Assembly (NCBI GenBank): GCA_951406725.2
Contig: OX597816.1
Span: 145,948,001-146,012,000, forward strand
DNA length: 64,000 nucleotides
Direction of reading: 5' to 3'
Origin: Octopus vulgaris
Taxonomy: Eukaryota
Part shown: piece by piece, positions 53,130 through 64,000 of the stretch
Numbering within the stretch: position 1 is the first letter of the stretch
Layout: each line of letters starts with the position of its first letter
The notes under the pieces: generated by a model
Told to the model about the DNA's origin: nothing
Databases searched by the model: none
What the model saw: only the letters and a program-made list of their open reading frames with translations
Position numbers and translations under genes: made by a program

Positions 53130-53527
53130 TACACTTTTACCCTTTTACTTCTTTCAGTCAATTGACTATGGCCATGCTGGAGCACCGCCTTTAGTCGAGC
53201 AAATCGTCCCCAAGACTTATTTTTTATAAGCCTAGTACTTATGCTATCGGTCTTTTGTGCCGAACCGCTAACTTACGGGGACGTAAGCACACCACCATCT
53301 GTTGTCAAGCGATGTTGGGGGGACAAACACAAACACATAAATACACACACACAGACATATATATATACGACGGGCTTCTTTCAGTTTCCATCTACCAAAT
53401 CCCCTCACAAGTCTTTGGTCGGCCCGAGGCTATAGTAGAAGACACTTGCCCAAGGTGCCACGCAGTGGGACTGAACCGGGAGCCATGTGGTTTGTAAGCA
53501 AGCTACTTACCACACAGCCACTCCTGC
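53130..53527 (-). mobile_element. Near full-length tRNA-derived SINE (type 2)
   Basis: Minus strand: gcaggagtggctgtgtggtaag (A box)..ggttcagtccc (B box)..ccttgggcaagtgtc, ending in an aaagagt-type tail. Confidence 0.85.
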
Positions 53528-55174
53528 GTTTTTACAAATGTTTCGGTATTACGTTTAGCACGCCTAAAAAGTAGATTTCACCGTACTTGTCAGAGTAGCC
53601 TTGAAATAATCACCATATAAATTTCATTAAATTATGCAAATATAATTATTTAGAATGTATTTCACTGATACTACCTGCACAAAAGTGAGGCAAGTTAGTG
53701 CCAGTATATGGATTGCCAGATAATAATGAGATATAACATTAAAATAATATTAATCATTCACGAATATTGTTTGGTCTTTCTCGTTAAAAATCTAACACTT
53801 CCCGCATTTGAATAGGTTAACTACAGTTTATCTACATACTCAAAATTTCAGTGACCCTAAGCATATAAGCAAAGTAAATCTGATTCCAGTAGGCCTCTAC
53901 ATATACTTTCAATTCAGTAGTGGGTTTATATGTTTTCTGATGTGTGCGTGTAAGTGTGAAGGTGTGGTTGTGTATCCAATTTTGTATGGTTTATTACATA
54001 TTCAAAAGAACGGAACATAAAACAAAAAATTACATGATATATGGTGTGCATTAATAAGAATTCCAAATTTTGTAGTTTCTGTTTACGTAAAAGCTTTTCA
54101 GTGGTACTGATATATGGTTTGACTGGTGAGCCGCACCATTTGTATGTTCTAAGAAGGTCGGATAAATATTTATTTATGTTTTAAAGCCAGTTTTTATATT
54201 TCCGGGAGGCCATACTGCTCTGAGTTTCGCACGTGAGTCGGTTCATATAAACAAGATGTCAATATTTACAACACAATTCTCGTCTGCGTACAAAAATATC
54301 ATAGTTGCTTTTATTGCGCGAGTGACCACTTAAGCTTAAATATCATACCCAGCTGATTTTCTGTGAAAGTAAATCTAATTCTATACCATCCAATACATTA
54401 TCATTTTTATTTAGTAAACCAGCAGGATATAATTTGAGAGAAAGAAGGGGAGGAAGAGAGAGATAACTGTAATTTCTAGCAAGCTGATCAACGTCGTTTT
54501 TGTTAGTATACTATTGATCGGTGCCATATTTTGACTTTGTGGATGATTTTTATCCCTTGGTCAGTACAGTGCAAGTTATCTCCAATCTGATACTCTTCCC
54601 ATTCATTTTAAATATGGAGTGGGCATATTTACTGAGATTTTGCTTTTGTTTTGTTTTTTTCCAACAAGATGAGCGAAAACGTAGTCTGCCCATAGTGTTA
54701 GATCGGAAAATAATTCCTGATTAGACTCGTATGATTCCACCTTAGATATATGCCAATGAGCATGCTGAACCTATTGATTTCTTCTCTTCATCCTTCCGTT
54801 GTTCAGTAAGTATAGTTCTAGTATGCAATTTAGATTCTCGTTAAAACCGTTTCCTAATGGCACCATTGTAATAGTATTCACAACACGATTAAATAAATCG
54901 TGTTTTGAAGAATACGTTAGGCAAATTGCTACTACTATTTCTACACATATACTGACAAATTGTGCTATATGATCGGAATTTCTGCTAATATAATTATGGC
55001 TGTCTATAGAATAACAGATATCGTTTTTATTGCGTTTAAAATTATGCGTAAAACCATAGCAGTGATTACGTTATTTCAGGAAGACACTTTGATATTTTCG
55101 TTGTTCAACTTGAAATATATTGTGTGTAATATATACAACAAATATGTGTGTCTGTGTATTTGTGTGTAGGTATT

Positions 55175-55224
<50 letters not shown>

Positions 55225-55889
55225 CATAACTATAGATTCATGTTGAATAATGTGCAATTATTACTAAGATGCTATTTCAGGAGGGTAATTCTAATTTAAG
55301 CAGAATTGCAACAATTCAATATATCAGCCAAAAATATCATATATGGCAAAACGCTGTATACCAGTTCTGTTGTTATAAGGACTCTACCTGTCAGCAAGTA
55401 ACTTAAATCTCACCAGGAAGAAAATTGCTAATGATATTTTGAGATAAATATAAATATACAAGCTTTGAATCTATAGCTATCAATTACAAAATATTATTAT
55501 CAAATGACGTTTTAACGTTTTCCCATATGTATACATACATTGAGCGACAATATATATGTACCTATAAAAGAAATTGTCTTGGTTTCGTCGCGTAATTCCA
55601 AATACATATGTCTTTATTATATTAGTCTATGCCTTTTTCATTAATTAATTCAGGTCCCCGAAAAAAGCAACACTCACGAATACATACACTGGTATATATG
55701 AGAAATAAGCCAACATTTCTTTATACAACTATCTCTCTCTCTCTTTCTTTCCTTCTTTCTTTTTCTCTCTTAGTTGACCATCAAGATTAATTACGACGTT
55801 GTCATATTTGGTGAACTGAAAGATGACCAATCCGATTCTGAATCCACAAATGCTGCAGTATATAGTGCAGGGGAAATGAGAGATCGAAG

Positions 55890-56157
55890 CTGAGTCCTTG
55901 TTTTAGTATACATTCAATGCTTTCTTCCAAGGAAACTAATGCTCTTAGTTTAGTTTTTCCTTGGAGCTGGCCAGATTGGAGCAATCTCAAGAATAATCAG
56001 CCGAAATTGCGAGGATAATCAGGTTCTAGACTGAAGATAGAAAACGTCGAATGGCCCGTCCTTGTTTTCTTTGTATCGTCTATCTAGATGTTTTCTTGCC
56101 CCTTTTGGTATCACCTAGTTGTCCGGATGTTTTGCGTTCTTGTCACATTTTGTATTT

Positions 56158-56160
<3 letters not shown>
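55890..56160 (+). repeat. Probable PLE pLTR-like repeat next to (TA)n
   Basis: tcgaatggcccgtcct resembles 8946-8961 and abuts (TA)n. Family identity is inferred. Confidence 0.4.
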
Positions 56161-56209
<49 letters not shown>

Positions 56210-56545
56210 CACACACACACAACACACACACACACACAGACATATATATATATATATATTTACGTATATATATACAACACACACACACACACAGACATAT
56301 ACATATATATACGTATATATATACATATACATTATATATATATATGACATACATATATATATATATACATATATATGCATATGTATTTATATATGCATCT
56401 GAAATCCTCAAGAGTATTTGTAATGTTTCCCCCCAAAATGCTCCTGTGATAAAATTCCCTCAATATCATCCTCATCATCGCCATCCCCACCATCCCCACC
56501 ATCCCCACCATCATCACCGTCATTATCATCATCTTTATAATTATG

Positions 56546-56640
<95 letters not shown>

Positions 56641-57408
56641 ATTGCAGCAGTGTGCTTATGAACATTTCTTTTCGCAATTCACTTTCTTCACAATATCCGA
56701 ACTTTGAAATATTTTCCACGTTCTATTTCATAACATTTATTCATAGATGGACATTAGATTTCTCTGTTGTGGAGATATCTTATATTGAAATAGAATAAAA
56801 AAATCTTATTCGGCCCAATAGATGAATCATCATCTCTTTAGAATGTTAGTTGTTTGGACACTGAAATTTTGATATGATCATGTTCCAAATTACATTCTAG
56901 TCTCTAGACTTAGAATTAGATATCAAATTTGTTCAAGTTTACCTAAAAGTTACAGCGTTTAGCTTTAATTTTGAATTGTGTTCTAAACTAAGTTAGCATT
57001 TTTCTCGAATAAAACATACCATACATTTGTACTGGTTGAGATAAAAGAGAGAGAGAGAGGTAAAATGAAAGGTGCTACAGCAAATCATCTATCATAACCG
57101 TATATCAATAATAAAAATGCTTCAATCGAATTTGTACACTTGAAGTCAAATATACCCCTAAAAGGAAAAGCAATATTTATCAAACGGGAAATATGAGCAT
57201 CATCCTAAATTTCCTTTTGCACTTCACTTGTAATAATATGCAATAATGTTCAGAAATTCATACAATACATATGAAGCTACTTTTCAATAACTTTATTTTT
57301 ATGGAAATATAGAGGCAAATCCTAGTACGATTTCAGACCCTTTTGAAAATTAATCAACTAAAATTTTCCCTTTGTTATCTTTTCATTGTCAATATCACCA
57401 AACTTTAA

Positions 57409-57542
57409 AGCGGAGAGCTGGCAGAAACGTTACCTTTACGCTCTGAGTTCAAATTCTACCGAGGTCGACTTTGTCTTTCATCCTTTCGGCTTCGATAAAT
57501 TAAGTACTTGTTGCGTACTGGGGTCCATCTAATCGACTGGCT
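57409..57542 (+). mobile_element. SINE type 1, internally deleted
   Basis: gcggagagctggcagaaacgtta..gagttcaaattc..gaggtcgactttgtctttcatcctttcgg. Confidence 0.75.
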
Positions 57543-57759
57543 TGGGAAATTAATAAACCTGAAGAATTTATTTCTTTTAAGAATAATATTACGCTTTCTC
57601 TGAATACAGATTCTGATTATTTGTTACAAAGATATCACCCAAACCATCAAGGGATTGAATGAACCACCTCGGCATTTTCAGGCTTAACAAATATAAGAGC
57701 TGTTACAATTCCAATATCAATTTATGCAAGCATATCTGTAATTTATCTATGCACACGCA

Positions 57760-58240
57760 GATCACACGGGGTGCTACTAGAGAGCTGAATATAGTAGCGG
57801 AATAGTTGAAACAGATAAGACTTGGGTTGTTTCCCAACCCACCAGATTGGAAGCGTCAGTGGAAAAGAACAATAATATCAACTCTAATAACTGGTTCCCC
57901 AAGGCTTTTAAGCAGCGAGGGTTGTTAGCAAGATGGTAGAATGATGGTAAAATGAACCCGGACAAGATGGTACAATATATAGATGCGGTTGATCACCTTG
58001 TCTAATCTCTGCCGTGCTGACGTCTAGTGCATTAGATTTCTGATCTTCATAGACTATGATACTTTATCAAACCTAACGAAACTTCAAAAATGGGGCAGAA
58101 TGAAACACCTTCCTGTTCCTTGTATATCAGTAGTGTCCCTTCAACATTTCAGTAACTGCCTCAGCGTCATAATCAATGCCGCTACCGCAGGAGGCATGAA
58201 TGACTAAACGCTTTGGCATTTGCGCACGTGATATGAACAC
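57760..58240 (+). mobile_element. Hero-like (R2 group, RLE) non-LTR retrotransposon remnant
   Basis: RADV*CIRFLIFIDYDTL, LQKWG, ETPSCSL and RYRRRH match the YDTLP..WG..CxLC..RYxWRH region. Confidence 0.6.
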
Positions 58241-58829
58241 CTATCCAGTTCAGTAAATACCTCCCCAGGAATGAAGCCATCACTTTTCTCATATACATAC
58301 ACACACACATATATATAAGCACACACGCTCAAAGACATCTATATATGTACATGTTCATATCTGGGTGAACATACGCACACCATACATACATAATTACGCA
58401 TTATGATTAATTTTAACAATAATTGATTAATATAATTAAAGGATCATCACTGATTAAATAAATTTGCCAAGTTTTTTTTTTTTATTTTAGCCCCCACACT
58501 TGATTTTTGTCCGAGCATTTGTCCTTCAAACTGCAAAATGGAATTTTATTTTAATTTTTAATTTAATTTATTCTAAGTTATTTAATTTTTAATTTAATTG
58601 CTGTCACACTTATATATCCAAATTCATATATTTGGTGTGTGTATATTTATGGAGAAATTTGAACATGTACACATATAGATGTTTCTGAGTGTGTGTTTTA
58701 TATATATATGTGTGTATGTGTATGCAGATGTATATATGTGTATGTATGTATTGATATATGTACGCGTGTGTATATATGTATGTACATGTGTGTGTAGGTG
58801 TTGGTGTATATATATATACACATACACAT

Positions 58830-58890
<61 letters not shown>

Positions 58891-60977
58891 TACGCATTCT
58901 TTTTTTACTCTCCCTGTTTCTTTCTGTGTTCCTTTCTGTGGAAGAGCGTAGGCTTGAAACGTTAAAGACTTAAGAATTTTTTCACTTCCCGACCATGCCA
59001 ATACAAAAGCCCCGCCTCTTTACCTCCCCCTTCTTCTCCAAAAATGTTTTCTTCTTTCTTCTCCCTTGCTTGGCAAACCCCAAAGTTTTATATATAATAA
59101 GGACAAGAAATCTAAATTTAAACTACCTTTTGATAAATCTGATAACAGAAGAAAGCGCTAAGAATATATGTATAAAATGTAAATAAATATATATATAATC
59201 ATCTAACAGTCTGACTACCCTATTATTGTAAATATATATATATATATATATATCACTATATATATATATTACTATAATTCTCAATTTCGTGAGACTTCAT
59301 AATGTATTCTGAATTGTCTGTATTCAGGTCTGTGATTATCGATTGATATATAATATTCTGGGATGACATAATATTGTCGTCTGATTTCACCTTTTCGTAA
59401 TGTTGGAATATCATGGTACTTATCTCATAAGATACGCTTTATGTTTATATTGGCAAAATTAGTTGAAAATGATAAACGATTTTGTGGAAGAAGAGTACAT
59501 AACATTGTTTTCAACGCTTATCACCTGATATGAACGAAGCTCCGGATAATCAATCATCAGAGCACCGCGCTAAGTATTTCCAGGTTTGAAAGCTGGAAGG
59601 TACATGACCGATACACTATACAAAATAATTTACTTTTCTTTGTGCTAGGATAAATATAGATGTGGTATATGTAAGTATGTATACGCACGCACACGTATAT
59701 ATATATATGTGATCTCAACATGTGATCCCTTGAGCACCACCAGCAACAATATTTTTTCCTCTGTCTTCCCTTCTTGGGATCTTTCCTTCTCCTTGTTTCC
59801 GACGAAGACCTCCGCTCGAAACGTTAAACCCTCCTTCCCTTCTTTCCTGAGCGTCAATAATACTTTATTTGTTCCACGTCCTCGCGTTGCTGATTTTTCT
59901 CTTTCTTTCTGAGTTTTCTTGTTTGGATTAACCTTATATATATATATATTTGACGGACACTTAGGTATTGTTGTTCATACACACATGCCCGCACTTACAC
60001 ACACTCTCAAACACACACACATATATAGGCATGTGTGTGTGAGTGCGCGTGTGTGTCTGTGTGTGCGTGTGTGTATGAACTCATAAAACTCCCTCAGCGA
60101 CATGCAGAAAAATTCATTCATGGTGAATATTACTAATGTGTTGCATGTGCTGGAATGATTCTCGAGTTAGAATGAATGTGAGAATAGAATAGATATGGAA
60201 GTTAGCAGATACCTCAGATATAGCAGACGCACGATCAAGGCATAAGGAATCCGTGAGGCCAGAAGCTGTCGGAAGTCTTGAACTATTCGGCAGGAAAATG
60301 CCTTACTATAAACATGCGCAAATTATTCAAAAGTTTAATAGTTTATTCTGTCAGCAGGTAGTGCAGCATGCAATAAGAGAATCTAAACTTCATAATTTTT
60401 CCAACAGAGTAAATGCCGCTGATTCAATATATGTATCGATCAGGAGTGAAGAGCCGTCTTTTGTATAGGCTTCCTTGGGCCCAGTATATGAGCTGGATCA
60501 CTCTGACTGTGTCGATTGGTGGACCTGCCTAACTTTTAGAAGGTATATATTTTATACAAATATTTTATAACTATTTATTTGTACATGTATGGAATATTTG
60601 TATGAATCTAGATTATGGGACAAGCCCTGAGAGAGAAAGATAAATTGATATATAGCTATAGACATAAATATGCGATGAGAAACATAATTGCATTACTCGG
60701 TATTGAAAAAGCTATATGAAAAAATCATCACCGGCAACACAAATATCACTAATGCAAAGACAAGGCGGCGTGGGGTGGAGTCGTTGGTAGTTCACGGCAT
60801 AGTATGAAATAAAATTATAGTGAATTTAGTGAATTATACTGAATCGCCGATTTGAGCGATACTCTGCACTTCATTGACCATAGAGTTTAGTTAGATTTAT
60901 TTAATGGCTTAAAGTGTAAATATATGACCCGAAACTACACCATTAAACGTAATTCTGGGAAGAGAAGATAACGTTGT

Positions 60978-61017
<40 letters not shown>

Positions 61018-61278
61018 GTGTGTGTGGCGTATGCGAGCCTGTGTTTGTGTACGAATGTATGTATATGTATATTATATGTATATATATATATGTATATATA
61101 AATATATGTATATATATATATTCACATATATATGCATATATATATGCATACATACATATATATATATACATATGTATATACATATATATATACATACATA
61201 TATACGTATGCATATATATATACATATGTATATACATATATATAAATATATATGTATTTACATAGATATATTCATATT

Positions 61279-61311
<33 letters not shown>

Positions 61312-61392
61312 ATACATACATTAATACATATATACATATGCACAGTCATATATATACATATAGCTATAAACACATACACACACACACACATA

Positions 61393-61434
<42 letters not shown>

Positions 61435-62090
61435 AATATTGGCATACAAACATGAAACACCTGTGTTCTGTTGCGTTGCGCTAATTTTATAGAAAAACAA
61501 AACACAAATTCACATATAAGATGAACGTCAAGCGTAATAATTGCATTGTGTGCGTCGCTGTTTATTTCTTGTTGTCCTAAATATTTCCACCAAAAAATAG
61601 TAAAGCAAAAGTGATTTTAAAAAAAACACAAAGCGAAGTGAGTTTTATTATGAATAATGAAAAAAATATATTTATACTCATACAATATAAGAACAAAAAT
61701 ATACAAGATTACATAAAATTTGTTATACGTAGTCAGAAAAACTCTGTATTTCTATCTTGACAATGGAAAACTTACAAATTATTTGGAATAGGTATTTTGT
61801 ATTTTAGTGAAATATTAACAATACAGCAAAGAAAGTTCTTTTTTTATTGTTTTTGTTTTGAACACTATATACATTAGTAACAAAGACAATAAGATAAAAT
61901 GCCACCAGAAAAACATAATATCGTCAAAAATAGTCACATGAAAGTGGTTATATGTTAAAAATTTTCCCTCTTACCCTGTCTATGTCCTTAACGATTAGCT
62001 TGTCTATCTAGCTATCTATTCGTCTGTATATCAACCTATATATCTACACTTATAATGTAACCAATGCAAGATTTATACATGTTAACATAA

Positions 62091-62131
<41 letters not shown>

Positions 62132-62169
62132 CGTACACCACCAGCACGCATATATATGTACACTTTTAT

Positions 62170-62318
62170 TATTTTATCTGTTTCAATAATTTGACTGTGG
62201 CCATGCTGAAGCAACGTTTCCAACTATTTTAATCGAAGAAATCGACCTCAGAACTTATTCTTTGTAAGCCTAGTGCTTATCATATCGATTTTTGTGCCGA
62301 ACCGCTGGATTACGGGGT
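62170..62318 (-). mobile_element. SINE type 2 3' fragment
   Basis: Homologous to 53150-53280. Confidence 0.7.
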
Positions 62319-62510
62319 TATATATATATATATATATATATATAAAACTAAGGTTAAAGAACAAACAAATGCAAGGTCATCCGCATAACATTTCATAATT
62401 CGAGCATTTAATCATAGAATATAATAATTACTTGAATAATTTTATAAGATTTCTAAACGATGAACTTTTATTTTATTTACATGATATATATTATATTTTT
62501 TTATATGCTT

Positions 62511-62580
<70 letters not shown>

Positions 62581-63024
62581 TTTTATATACCTATATATTT
62601 TTATATATTACTTTATATTATAGTATTACTTTCTAGATGTTGTAATGTTTTTTTAAAAAAAATCTATTTTTCTGAATCGCTAAAGTATTAACTCTAAACC
62701 GTTTTTTCTCGCACCTTATTATATGCTTATTGCTTGTACAGATGAATTATGTTCCATCTTGCGGGATGTTTAAATGTATATTCTATGATTAAATGCTGTA
62801 TTCTTTCTCACTCCTTCTTGTTTCTGTTGTATTTGTATTTCAAAGGACCGGCCTTGTCACACACCCTGTGTGAATATCCCCGAGAACTACGTTAAGTGTA
62901 CACGTGTTTGTAGAGGGCTCAGCAACTTGCACGTTAATTTCACGCGCAGGGTGTTCCGATGATTCGATCAACTTGAACCCTCGTCACCGTAACCGACGGA
63001 GTACCACGACAAAAATATATATAC

Positions 63025-63203
63025 AATTTAAGACACTCACTGGTAAAATCGCCACTTATTTCTTATTTTTATTTTCCTAAAATTTTCGTCGCGTCTTGCA
63101 GCCTTTTCAGTAGTTAAGATTATTGAAAAGTTGCAAGATGCAACGAAAATTTTAGGAAAATAAAAATAATAAGCGGTAATTTTACCGGTGAGTGTGTTAA
63201 ATT
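63025..63203. repeat. Palindrome (arms about 85 bp, 7-nt spacer)
   Basis: 63025-63113 is the reverse complement of 63121-63203, with some mismatches and indels. Confidence 0.9.
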
Positions 63204-63259
63204 ATAAGGCCCCAAAAGAATATGACTCTCCCCAGACACAACAGTATATGTATATATAT

Positions 63260-63335
<76 letters not shown>

Positions 63336-64000
63336 ATATATATATATATAATATGATGTGTTTAGTCCACTGGTGATCTAGAGGAATAGGTACACTGAGT
63401 AAGTGATATAATTGCTTATACGTTAGGTTCAATTTCACAGTTGAGGCTGGAGCTAGGGATCTGTATTAGGCTTTCTTACCTTATAAGAGCCTATACCTTC
63501 ACGGATGTGCGGACCAATTTCCATATCATCTGGAAAAAGATGAACTGTGACCTTTATTCCCCGGTCAGTGTTCTTGTATCTACTTTTACTCTTTATTCTA
63601 TTTTATTCCTTATAAACTATGAATTTCTCTGTTTAGAAGTTGACTAGAACTTCTCGTCCTGCCTTAGTTCTTTTTTGTCATTTTCCTCTAACACACACAC
63701 ATACACACACATGCTTACTACTTTAGTTATATTTTGACTGTCGCCGTCTACTCTTAATCTATGTTTTGCAGAGTGTTCGTAAAATATTATCTTCCCCACA
63801 TCTCTTTCCGTCTGTCTGTCTGTCTGTTTTTCTCTCTCTTTCTCTCTCACTTGTTCTAGCAAAGGTAGACACGTGAATATTGAAGCGGGCACATAATTTA
63901 CATATCATTGTACATATATATAGATGTTAGTTAGTTAGTTAGTTAGTTAATTTGGCTCAAAAGCAAATAGCAAGGCCATGTAGGGGGACATGGAGTTAAG

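Noticed and set aside
53430-53527. tRNA gene candidate with A and B boxes (also 36557)
   Set aside because: It continues into SINE body sequence and lacks a complete cloverleaf.
54960-55169. GPCR TM1-like peptide IGISANIIMAV
   Set aside because: A single weak motif with no supporting downstream segments.
55774-55860. Possible exon after a strong polypyrimidine tract (LTIKINYDVVIFGELKDD...)
   Set aside because: The tract is a CT-type microsatellite, the donor is weak, and the peptide could be an RTE remnant. No partner exons are evident.
59480-59560. Minus-strand CTGATGA...GAAA hammerhead candidate
   Set aside because: Stem II does not close next to the core and stems I and III are poor. 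At best it is a decayed pLTR.

Overview
AT-rich, microsatellite-saturated eukaryotic DNA. The repeat repertoire strongly suggests an Octopus (coleoid cephalopod) genome; this is an inference. I see no intact host protein-coding gene, rRNA, tRNA or CRISPR array, and most ORFs in the track are microsatellite artefacts. The window is a transposon graveyard: Tc1 and mariner DNA transposons (two with both TIRs and TA TSDs), a mariner MITE, maT-like remnants, Helitron-like non-autonomous elements, about 10 R4/Dong-clade LINE fragments in (TAA)n, Tx1-like LINEs in (GATA)n, a Hero-like remnant, Penelope-like remnants and many tRNA-derived SINEs. The main hunt result is a non-coding repeat family embedded in (TA)n that carries type I hammerhead ribozymes with full consensus cores and compensatory stem changes (8562-8624 minus; 33605-33666 plus). 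Several degenerate hammerhead-like units also occur, two of them in head-to-head palindromes. Two weaker candidates are heavily decayed host pseudogenes: a nAChR/chemotactile-receptor-like one at about 51.3-53.0 kb and a class A GPCR-like one at about 35.5-36.4 kb. All alignments were made by eye, and remnant boundaries are approximate.
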